A stretch of 63,983 nucleotides of DNA, the filler included, from Trypethelium eluteriae (Eukaryota), in assembly GCA_051942245.1 (NCBI GenBank). It is 3 parts of 3 records of this genome, joined end to end, with 100 filler letters (N's around TTAATTAATTAA, not from the genome) between each part and the next. Parts side by side here need not be neighbours in the genome. Positions count along the whole stretch, not along the records: positions 22,065 to 44,018 come from JAVECL010000455.1; 2 more parts are not named here. The stretch is one strand, 5' to 3'. Below are positions 22,331 to 34,136 of the stretch, in pieces. The notes beneath the pieces are model-generated. The model did no database searches, was not told the origin of the DNA, and worked only from the letters and a program-made list of their open reading frames with translations. The translations under genes and the position numbers were made by a program. Each line of letters starts with the position of its first letter. The stretch's first letter is position 1.

Positions 22331-23886
22331 AAATGCGTGAAATCTCTGTGATTTTTGACCAAAGAGTGGGACGGGGGTTTGTTCGTTTAATGTTTTGGAT
22401 CTAGTTTCTAGCACGGTCTTTTCTCGTACTCTAGTCACGACTTTGAGACTTGCATTTCTATTGAGGTCCGTTTGAATTGACATCAAGAAAACGACAACCT
22501 CGAGTTATTTTTCTGGTATATCTCTCACTGACTCAACTTTGAGGCCCACTGGTTTGTGCTACACATTACTTATCCAATGCCAGTGGTTGAGGGAACAGAA
22601 TGTCGTTGTGCTTATTTGATTGTCGAGCTATTCGATTGGTAGTATAGAGTGTGGTAAGCGATGTGGATATTGAAACGAAAAGTTGTGTTCTAGTGCTACA
22701 TCTAGAGGATCACAACTTGTGCTAATCAACAGTGACTGATGATCACTTATAAAGTCATGCCTAATCTCCTTCAACCCACTCAAGTCTTGTATTCACTACA
22801 GTTCATTCCATACTTCTCGACAACATCCACCGAACTTCTTCATTGTTAACCTTAGAAATGTCCTCAGACGCAACTTCAAACGTCGTCCTATTACGCAAAG
22901 ACGACGTTCCAGGGTCATCTACGGCTGTGTCGTTACGGGGGGTCAGAACCATAGAAGTAAGCTGGTCATAAATGTACCTACTTATGCCGCCGCTCTCGAC
23001 TAACCCAGAAGTAGGAACTTCAGGCCGTTGCATATAAGCTCTTCGCCAGAGACCAACGTCCCCATGATGTCGAATTTTTAAGGATCACTCCTGACGGGGC
23101 AGAGCCAATCGACTCTAACCTCTGGAATGGGGGATTCTACTTCCGTCAAGTGGATGGTACTACATCCCTAGTACTCATTGACGTAAATTTGACGCTCCTC
23201 ATACACCCTGAGGTTAACAGGGATAGCAATTCTGACGCCCAAAGTGCAAAGACTAACAGCAGCCACAATTCGTGGCAGGCCGACGGCTCACTGAGCAAAA
23301 TGGGAGACTCGGTGAGAATGCAGCAAAAGAAGGGGGGCAAAGCCTTTGGGGCCCCCAACACTTCGAAGGAGCTTGATATTGTGGACGAGGCCATACATCG
23401 CCTCGAAGAGAAGACTGCTGCAGGTGAGATAGCTATCGGGAAAGATAGCAAGATCTCCGGGAGCGCCAGTGCTCCCAAAATATCGACAAGGATACTCGAT
23501 TGGATACTCGATTTTAGTCCAAGGACGACGGGAAGCCTGGAGGAGCCAAAACGCGGAAAGCGAAAACCCGGAACGCGAACAATCTGAAGCCACTAGGAGT
23601 TAAGTCAACGGCCGGGTTGCGATATTCACCCAACCTGGAAGCCATCATTGCGGCAAGCAGCGATTATTGGTAATACGAGAAGTGGCTGGGGATACTAAAG
23701 ACGGATTAAAAGTCATGGGGATATTTCAGCGGTTGGGTGCACAGAGAACCGCCATGACTGGGGAATGTTTTGCAAGTTCGACGGGTATACGTTATTTTCA
23801 ATAGAGATGGCAAATAGTTACAAAATCGGGGAGACCAAAATGCACTCGCTTGAGACCTGATTCCGCTTTCAACGCCGTCCGTATGT

Positions 23887-26800
23887 CTAATTGCGTGATG
23901 GTGGCCGCTCTGTTGTCTCCTTCCGACCGCGCTGTCGTTTGAAGCACGCACTTGATAACAGTTAGTACCCACCAATCTGACAATATGGATATAATGATCA
24001 GAAAAGAGACTAGCCAACTTACAATTCTCCCCTCGTCCTCTCCCTCAAACTCTTCAACGTCTTCTTCATCTCCGGCAATTCCCTCTGCAGACTGCCCCTC
24101 GCCTCACTATCCGTCCGCTCGTCCAGCTCCTTGTAAATCTGCGTCTGCACACTACTCGCCTTCTCAGTCGTATACACGACGAGCGTCTGCGCCAGAAACT
24201 CCAGATCCAGCGTCGCCTGCATCAGCATCGGCAGCGTGTACAGGCCCCCGCTGCCGCCACCGCCACTACTCCGCGCCTTGAACGCCTCCATAAGCGCCAC
24301 GCACACCTGCTCCAAGAGGTACGACAGGATGTGCTTAGTGAGCACATGGTCCGGTACCGCGACGGCGGTGATGCTCACTTCGGACTGCACGGTGACGAGG
24401 GCGAGCAGGACGTTGTAGACGTAGGGCCGAGCGTCTTCGGGGCGGCGACCGCGAGGGGCCCAGGCTGGGTCGGCGACGCCGGTGCGGATGATGGTGGCGA
24501 GGCGATCGACGAGCGGGCGGGTGTAGGATTGGAAGAGGCGGGCGTCGATTTGCGAGACGACGTCGCGGATGGTCTTGGATTCGTCGGTGAGCTTGACGGA
24601 GAAGGACGTCTCGAAGTGGGTGAGGAGGAAGGCGATGAGGTCTTTGCGCAGGTGTTGGAGGTTGCTGAGGGTTAGAAGCTTGCGGACGTTCTGGGTAGGG
24701 ATTAGTTTGTGGGATGGTTCAGAGATCAGGAGGGGTTTTTTACCTTGCTGCTGGAGTCGACGGTTGCGGATGCGCTGAAATCTGTGTATCCGCTTCGTGC
24801 TGGAATGATAAGTCCATCGGGATCGTCGTCATTTATACCGTCGTCTGTTTTGTTTCTTCTTTCTGCATTTTCAACCATTCCGCTCAGTCCTTTGTAAAGA
24901 CTTTTTACGAATTGGCTTCGCACTGTTTGTATAACTTTTTGTGGTGGAGGTACGAGCACGTCAACTTCAGCGCCTTCTTTCATACTTCCTCGTGCTTCTT
25001 GCAGATAACAGATCCGTTGCATGCCAGTGACGATCTCCCGTTCAACTGCCACAAATCGATCAGGCATGTTTGTGATATCGTTCCGTTCAGAGCTTCTGAT
25101 CCAATCCTCCAAGCCCTTTGCATTCTCGGCGTCGGTTTCCCAGGCGGCGCAGACGGCTTGTATACATCGCTCACGCACTGCACCGATGAGACTTTTAAGC
25201 ATCTCTACGTGCTGCGGATCGCGTTTGATGATAGATAATGATGCCATATCTCCGCAAGCAGTACCAACAAGAACCAGGAACTTGGATAAGTAATGAGTAC
25301 CGCTGAGTGCGTTCGCATATGGTGGCCAGAATGCATACTTCTCCCATGACGCACCTCTTAAAGGAGAGGGGGGTGGTGGGTTTGCGGGATCGAAATTAAA
25401 TTTTGTCTTGTCCAATGGGCTCAGTGTCGCTGATTTGGGCGTGGCTGGGGTTTCTGGTACCGGAGAAAGAATTGCAGAGAGATCGTCGATTGGCGGATCG
25501 GCGAAGAAGATGAAGACGGTTTCTCGTAGAATATTGACAAGATCAATGGTCCGGTTCTGCAAATCTTCTACACTATCGGCAGACAAATCTAAATGTTCCC
25601 TGCTGCGCTTGTCGATACCAACAGGAAGCCGTCGTTGAGCAGAGCCGTTGATGAAAGACTGGGCAATATCCCAGTATTCAACGACTTCGCCTACTACACC
25701 GTTCTGGGATGCGAGAAGGGAATTCATGGAACTACTCACAAAATCCCAGAACTCAATGACTTTGCGAGAGTCCATGTTTGCTGGATTCTGGCGTTCGCGA
25801 CTAGCAGCAGAGCGCAGATAAGCAGCAGAGGTCTTAAGACTTGGTTTATCATTATTGGCGAGACGGCGTCGAAGGACCTCGATCTGGACTTTGGAAAATT
25901 CCGCTGTACGGGCGAGTTTGCTTTTGAGGTTTTCCGAGCGGCTCTGGAGCCAGAAGGTGATCGGGTTCTCTTCGACACCAAGTTGTAGTAGGACACCTAT
26001 AAGCTCGAGGTATTCTTCTGGTTTACTATCATCGGCGCCAGTTTGTTTACCAGAACCAACGTCCGCAAGACGCTTTCTTGTTTCTCTCTTGAACAATCCC
26101 ACATGCTCTTCAACATCTGCCCACATTCGAGCAGTGATCAAGATCTGGTGGACTTCGGCATCCGTCAATTCTGTATTGTTGTAATTCGAACGACTGGCAA
26201 CATCTCTTGCATCATCAGCAAAGCGTCTTGCACGATTGTGCTCCTCGACCAAGGTCTCATAATCTTTCCGCTTAATTGCATCTTGAACGGCTCCGGCAAC
26301 TTCAAATAGACCTCGATGTCTTTCCAGAGCAGTTAATATCCCTTTCAAACTCTCCTCCCTTTCTCGTCCACCAAGGGCTGGGCCCCACACTTCCTCCGCC
26401 TTGATAGAAACCTCTGTAAGGGGCATTTTGATCCCCTGAACGCCATATTCGCTTTCTTTGAGAAGTGCGTTCTTCTTTTTCTCATCAAGTTGCGTTTTGT
26501 TATTTGGGCTGAACGGACCGCTGGGATGTCTTGAATGTTTCCAGCTGGAGCTGCTCGCGTGTCTTGAGTGTGGCCGACTTCGCTTCTCCACTTCGGGGTC
26601 TGCGCCTTGAGTCCGCATCTCGTTGTACACATTGTCAATAGTAGCTTTGGCTTTGATAAACCGTTGGAAATTGTCCTCGACCAGAACCTTGAGAGACGCA
26701 GATTTCTTTTCAATCGACCTTGATAGAAAATCCAGTCCTTGGAGTAATTGGTCTGTGGAAGCCTCGTTGTGTACTTTGGATAGAAACAGCGCAGGTGAGA

Positions 26801-27248
26801 AGGTGGTCGACGACAACAAGAACCGATTTCCTAAATATCGTTAGAGCTGCAGCATAACCAAACCCGATAGATCATGGCTTATACGGTATTCTGCATCATC
26901 TTCGACCGGTAATCCTCTCCTTCGAAGTGTGTTCACAACACTAGCTGTCATGCCTAACGGGTCTGCCTCATCCTTTTGTACAATGTTCTCGTGACCATCT
27001 CTTGTCTTTTGGGAGCCCGGAACACTTCCGGCCCTGCTTGCACTGCGCTCGAGCACGGAGAACCGGGACCTCGACATGCGCTTGCTTTTTGCATCCTTTA
27101 CCTTCGTCGATGGGACTCGCGGTAAAGGTTTACTTTTCTTCTCTTCATCGGAGGAGGCGTCGCTTTCGTCTTTCTCTGTAGGCCATTCTGCAGGGAAAAG
27201 GGAAGGTAGTTTATAATGATTGAGAAGGATGCGTTCGCTTTCCGCCAT
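23887..27248 (-). CDS. SEC5: Exocyst complex component Sec5; exons 27248-26885, 26830-24744, 24690-24023, 23950-23887
   Basis: RNRFLLSSTTFSPALFLSKVH...LKVLVEDNFQRFIKAKATIDNVY...NVRKLLTLSNL...LMQATLDLEFLAQTL...TRGEFACFK; all junctions GT-AG and in frame. Confidence 0.93.
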
Positions 27249-27558
27249 GGCCTATTATCGTTGATTGGGTTTGCTCGTTCTGAAGGTCCAACCAGGGAGG
27301 TACAGTCGAGTCTCAGACAACATTGATGACAGACCTGCATGGATGTCTGGGATGAGATAGAGTTATCCTTGTTGTGCTGCAGCTAGCCGATCGCTTATTC
27401 GCGGGTTATGCAAGCAAAAGTTGCTTTTCATACTACGCAAACGGTAACGGTTATCAACAACATTAAAACCCCCACCACAATCTGAAGGCCCCCAAAACGG
27501 TGATTCGACTTCTGGATCCGTCTCATTCTCGCTCTTTGTGGACTACGCTTTCGTTACC

Positions 27559-28999
27559 ATGCTGGCCAGCCGTGCAATTGCGGCTCCAGCTCGCCAATGC
27601 CTTCGGCAAGCTCGCGCGCCGCAAAGGTGGCTACCAGCAGTACCACAGGCAAGCTCCTCACACCCGAGACTGAGAGCGAATATTCAGACGCTAACTTGCT
27701 CTGACCCAGCAGAGTCATCGAAGAGCTTATGCCATACCAATAGAAGAGAAAGTCGCCAAATTTCCCGGCAAGAAAGGCCCTGATGTATGGCCTCCCTCCA
27801 ATTCTCCGCGGAGATATCTTCAAGGCTCTAAAATTTTTGGAATGGATGAATATACTGATACGTGCAATTCAAGGGCAATTTCACTGTCACGCTTATTGAG
27901 GGCGACGGTATCGGACCTGAGATCTCCCAATCCGTCAAGGATATCTTTGCTGCCGCCAAAGTACTGCATTTCTCTACTATCGGCATCTCATATCTGATCA
28001 CTGACGGGACAAGGTACCAATAAAATGGGAATCCGTCGATGTGACTCCAATCTTGAAAGATGGAAAGACGGCTATTCCTGACGACGCCATCAGCAGTGTT
28101 CGACGAAACTTTGTAGCTCTCAAAGGACCCCTCGCCGTATGCACCACCTCCCCTTTACCCCCCTTAAAATCTGTATCTCCTTTCTCCCATTCTTAACTCC
28201 TCTCCAGACCCCAATCGGCAAAGGCCATGTCTCCCTAAACCTCACTCTCCGTCGTACCTTTAATCTCTTCGCCAATGTCCGCCCTTGTAAATCCATCGCT
28301 GGCTACAAAACGCCTTACGACAATGTCGACACCGTCCTCATTCGTGAAAACACCGAGGGAGAATACTCCGGTATTGAGCACGTCGTGGTAGATGGGGTCG
28401 TGCAGTCGATCAAGCTGATCACAAAGGAGGCGTCCGAGCGCGTGCTGCGCTATGCTTTCCAATATGCCACGGACGTCGGGAAGCCGAAGGTGCGCGCGGT
28501 ACACAAGGCGACCATCATGAAGATGAGCGACGGACTGTTTTTGAGCCTGGCGAGAGAGGTGGCCAAGGATTTCCCCGGCGTCGAGTTTGAGTCAGAATTG
28601 TTGGATAATACGTGTTTGCGGATTGTGACGGATCCAACGCCATACAGTGACAAGGTGCTTGTCATGCCGAATCTCTACGGAGACATCCTCTCAGATATGT
28701 GCGCTGGCTTGATCGGTGGCCTGGGTCTGACGCCATCGGGGAATATTGGAGACGAGTGCTCAATCTTCGAAGCTGTGCATGGTTCTGCACCGGATATCGC
28801 TGGTAAGGGCCTGGCAAATCCCACGGCACTGTTGCTCAGTAGCATTATGATGCTGCAGCACATGGGGCTGAACGAGCACGCACAGAAGATACAGCAGGCG
28901 ATCTTTGACGTACTCGCGGAGGGCAAGACTATCACGGGCGATTTGGGTGGAAAGGCAAAGACGGCAGAGTATGCTGAGGCGGTCATGAGAAGACTCTGA
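27559..28999 (+). CDS. IDH2: NAD-dependent isocitrate dehydrogenase, mitochondrial catalytic subunit 2 (4 introns)
   Basis: [62 protein letters not shown]-terminal presequence. Confidence 0.95.
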
Positions 29000-30209
29000 G
29001 CAGCAGCAGCAGAACAAGGTGGCAGTAAGTCATGGTATGGGCATGATGTTGTGACTCTTTTAAATTCCATTTCATAGATATTATTTGCAAGATCGAGTAA
29101 GGACGAGGGGGATGTACATTGAGTGGTGTGTATGATATAGCATAGCACAGTACAGTATTGATGATCTATACTGAATGTTTTGAGATAGCCTTCGGTCCAT
29201 TTCTCTATGCATGCTTCTTTATAGAAGATTTCAGGTTAGACACCTCCAATACCAATATGAAGCGCGGCGATTGTGCGACTTAATTGAGAAATCGATGTCA
29301 GCTTTGCCCACATTACGAACTCCTGTGTTACGATCTTGGTTGTCGGCCAAAAAAAGGATGGACCGCTGCACCCACACCATAAGGAATAAGATGCCGCGGT
29401 GAGTAATTGGCCAGATTGCTCTTCTTTGCACCAAAATAGCCAAATACCATGAGTGTCCAATCCACATAGGAAAGGGGTAAAGGGCAGAGTGTTGGCAAAG
29501 GTCTCTTGGAGTAGCATTTTGAGGTTGTCACAATCAAGGCATGTACGCTGAGTAAACAGATAGGAGGTAAAGATCCGAGAAGAGATCAAAGGTAGTGATC
29601 ATGGTTGGGTAAGGTCAGAGAAAGAGAATCGCGGTCGTAGATTTTCTCAGCACGAACTCAATTCAAGCGAGATCCCATATTAGAGGTTATTCCTTAGGTT
29701 ACCTACTGATGTAGTGGCACGCAGGATGGAAAGCTGAGATTCTAGAATTACTCGTTTGGTCTGCGGCGGTGTTGAATTTGACGAAATGACAGGCAGCAGG
29801 TTGACGGCTTTCGACACGAAAGGTCTGCTATGAAATGGCAGTGTCATCGACTACTTAGGAGATGTTCCATAGATGGTTTCTTGTTCAATTTTACGAATGG
29901 AATATGCAATTGATCCAGCATGTATCGCCAGCGATCAAACGCTCTCTGATGAAAATGGGAACACAGAAAGTCAGCCCGATGAAAAGAAGAGAAAAACGAA
30001 TTAAACTGGTAGAGTAGCGTGAATCGGCTAAATTAAACGCCGGGCAGACCCCTGCTCCTTCTCTGGAACGTCACTCTCAAGTCTTTTTATTAGCTGTTAG
30101 GTGGCCGCTTCGAACGAATCTGGACATTCCGCTTTTTAACCCTCACCATCGTTGCCAACCTCCCGGAAGTATTGTCTTCTTACAGCCTTGACTTCTTACA
30201 TGCTTCATC

Positions 30210-31514
30210 ATGGCTACGCCACAGCCAATCCAGCTGCAGCCAGGGCAGCAGCCAACGCCGCAACAGATCCAAGCAATCCAGCAGCAGATCGCGGCGGAAG
30301 CGGCTAAGCAAGGTCTCACGTACGTGTCCATGGCAAATCAAGTCTTTGAAATCTTCTGTGACTAATGAATCTTAACAGTGTACAACAGTACATTGAACAA
30401 ATGAAAGCGCAAGCCGCCCGTCAGCAAGCCATGATGCAACAACAACGACAGCAGCAGGGTCAAGGGGGTCCTCAACAGCAAGGGCCTCAGCAGCAGCAAG
30501 GCCAAGGTGGTCCTCCGCAGCAGCGACAAATGCAGCAACAGCCCTTGCAACCAGGACCGCCGAAGCCAGAAGCCTTAGCAGTCGCAAATTTTCTAAAAAA
30601 CCAGCCACTTAAGACCAGAACATGTTTATTCCAAGAGAAGCGCAAGGACATGTTCAAAGGTATGAACATGCCCAAAACCACATCCACTACAGTGACGTTA
30701 ATGTGTGCCGACCACAGTCAAGCGCGCCATCCGCGCCCTTCAGTCACCCGCTTATGCCAAAGCCCGCAAGAAGAATCCTCTCCTTCCAGAAGTCAATGAC
30801 CGCCCCTCCGCCGAAAACACGTTCAAACTACTCCCTTTGTCTCTCCTTGCTCTCCGCGTCTCAAAGATAGACCCGCACGAAGGCCACGATCACGGCAAGA
30901 AGAAGCGCGTCAAGGGTCTATGGAATGTCAAAATCGAGCAGCAACAAGATGCCGACGATATGAGCCACTATGTCTGGCTCTACGAAGGCTCGCAGTGGAG
31001 GCAGTATCTCATGGCTGCTGGTGCGCTCGTGGCGATCATGGCAGTCGTCATGTTCCCTCTCTGGCCGTACTATCTCCGTCTGGGTGCATGGTACATCTCC
31101 GTGGGCTGTCTTGGTATTCTCGGTGCCTTCTTTGGCCTCGCTATTGTTCGACTGATACTCTTTATCATCACTATGTTTGCCGCACCGCCAGGGTTTTGGC
31201 TGTTCCCCAATCTTTTTGAGGATGTAGGATTCTTCGATAGTTTCAAGCCTACCTGGGCATGGCAGGAGACAGCGGAAGATAAGCAGAGGATCAAGGCGCA
31301 GAAGAAGGCTAAGCGTGAGGAGAGGAAAGCAAGGAGGGAGGGTAGAGCGCCGAATAATGGAGATGCAAAGGCCGGACAGGAGGCAAAGGAAGAAACGAAT
31401 GTGGGCAAGGCAGTTGAGGGGGAGGCAAGAGCGAGTGGCGCAGAAGTCGAGAAGGGAGGTCAAAGCCAAGCTCGGAACATGAATGCCAGGGTGGAGGAGG
31501 TGGAAGACGAGTAA
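30210..31514 (+). CDS. SEC62: ER translocation protein Sec62 with a Gln-rich N-terminus (2 introns)
   Basis: AVANFLKNQPLKTR..KDMFK|VKRAIRAL...YVWLYEG...VMFPLWP...PPGFWLFPNLFEDVGFFDSFKP. Confidence 0.93.
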
Positions 31515-34136
31515 AGGCTATTCCCTTCGAATACCGCGTTGAGAAGATTTAGCCATGAAAATCTTGCATTTTGTCTGTAGCATGGCGAACGGTGTATTCC
31601 AGTGTTTGCATGAAGAATTAGAGTTACTTTGTTGACCCGCACTAAAGTTCTGAAGGGCATTCCACGTTGCGATTCTGGTGCACTAAAGCTTTATGAGTAT
31701 CATACTTCAAACTATTTGGATAGCTAACATGGGTCCGCGAGCAAATTAGTCTTTCACCAAGTCAGCCTCGGGGCTGTGGTGGATTTCCGGAAATGTTGCA
31801 CGACAGGGCAACCCACATCCGTTTGAGGCCGGCCCAGACACCAAGCTATAGGGAATTGATTGAAACGAGCTGCCTGGTAAGGACAGTACAATGGCCATCC
31901 CAACATTGCTGTTGCGCCCTGACCTAAGGTTACCTCAAGTCATGATAAATCGTGATATTGGGTTGGCTCACGTCAAGTCCCGCAGTGAGCTGTTGCCACA
32001 GACAAACCAATCGGCAAACTATAAATGGTGGACCATCAAGGTTTCCACCAGTCTCATCTCGCTAGAAGCATTGTGATGAGCTCTCGCTATGGGATATCGA
32101 AGCCTTAAGTAGTCGAAACCCCACACGCCAAAATCTTGTTATTCCTCCTTGCCAAATCCAACTAGGTTGGACGCACCAAGCGCACCAGGCGCACTAGGCG
32201 CTCCCACCGCTCTCCAGATCTACTCTACTGGATCATAACTTGTGAGAGAAGAGACGAACCATTCAAGTACTTGCGGCCGGCACGGCTTGACCATGTTCTG
32301 GGCCTGAGGAAAGGAGACCTTGATATCGTGATAATAAGCAAAAGTCTATGCAGCTACGATGTAGGCGGGTAAAAATAAATGGAGCATGCCACGAAAAAAA
32401 TGGACTTGAGAGTCAGCCATCCAACGGGGACTAGTAAGGCCATGCAGCTCGGCGGCGCCAGGTGGATGGAGCCGCTGCCGCCGTCAAGACGCCACACACG
32501 GGATCGACCAGTAACGGGCGGAATGTCGGTGTCTCTCCTTACCACCAAGACGCAACCCTGCCGCTCTCATCACAGGATGCACCACACATCAGCGCTGGAT
32601 GGCGATTGCAACTGGCCCGCCCTGCAGCAGCACCCTCATCGTCTTCATCTCGCAGCAGCAAGCAGTCCCGAGCACGGGGCGGAGCAGGGAAACCTGAGGC
32701 ATTTTGGCATTTTGGCATTATCGGCCAGCGATCCGCGGGTAGGGTGGGAAGGGTGATTTCACCTTACGAGTGATGTGCAGCATATCCGGAGTAAACGCAG
32801 AAGGATTCATGCATCGCGATCGACGCTTTTCGGTTACTGGCATACACACCAACACCCAACACTGGAAAGATAGGCGCACACTGCGGAGCGGCACCACTCC
32901 ACATGCAGCACACCGCCGCCGCATTTAGACAGTGCCGTGGATTGTGGGTCGCCAGGTTCATCTGCTGTCGAGTGAACTAATATCCCACATCCCGTACACT
33001 AAATCGAAGTGAAATGAATTGATTGCAGAGTCAGCGCAGGTGAACCGGCCGAGGGGAGGATCGTAAACGGGCTGACGGATTGCCACGGGTCCACCGTCGG
33101 GCGCCTCTCAGCAGCTGGAAACAGTAAGAATCATCCTCCCGCCATTTTGCTATTGCCTTTGATTCGCACACGCTGCAGGGCATATCATCCCAGCCTGCAT
33201 CCACTTCCACGCCGTGGCGTGTCACAGCAGCAGCCAAGGCCCGCAACCTGTCCAAGAGACTTTGTTCCAAAAGCTTCTCCCCCAGGCCTTTTCTTCTGCG
33301 GATACGTACTGCTCTACTGTTGTTTCATCACTGCGTCGACCCCTCCCCATTAGTAGTCATTAACTACATAGCCGCCGGCTGCTTGCTGAGTCCGAACTCT
33401 TGCAGCTGGCCCCCGACGCTTTCTAACCATCTTCTCTTACAGCGGACGCACCCAGCCGTCGGTGGCTTCGACGACGCCGCCGCAGACCTCTTGCGCTACT
33501 TTTCTTGTTGAACACGCCTGTCCCACCCCTTTGTACCTCACACTATCGGGACCCGACAGCTTTTCTGACGATTTTACTACCACTCCACCTGGCTACGCGT
33601 GGATGTGTCTTGGCTGCTGAACACCGTCAATAGCGGTATTGATATCGTGCTGCGCTCGAGGCTAGCCCGAACCGGTACGCGCCCGTATTGCTTGACATTG
33701 CGGTGTTCCCCTTGCATACTGGATGTGAAATCCCCACGACCCCTCCAACCCAAAGTACCACGCGACCTACATTCCAGTCCGCCCGTTGCGCGACATACCT
33801 CATCCATCGCTGATCTGGATATCTGATCCTTGGCGGGCTGCTCTGGCTGGGTGATCGCAATACCCCTACCTTTAAAAGAATCACGATTGATAGGATACTG
33901 GCAGGTGCCGCAGCCTTCTGTGCTACATTCACAGGCTCAAAGAGCGGTATAAACACCACGAGATGTCACGAGTGGCTGGGAGGACAAGATTACGCAAAGG
34001 CATTGGGACCCTCCCGAATCGGTGAGGCTGCCAGGGACTTTGCAGGTCACACCTACGCCTGAATCCTCGTCATTATCTGTTGTGCTTGAGTCCTGTCTTC
34101 AAGCCTTTCATCGGCAGCCCGGGCCTGCGGCACATC

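Noticed and set aside
22803..23593. Overlapping 76-145-aa ORFs between paralogue 3 and SEC5 as a fourth paralogue
   Set aside because: No trace of the shared domain or of any recognisable motif.
32171..32201. 9-bp tandem (GCGCACYAG-like) x3, and (ACAACG)n at about 11041-11063
   Set aside because: Ordinary micro/minisatellites with no further structure.
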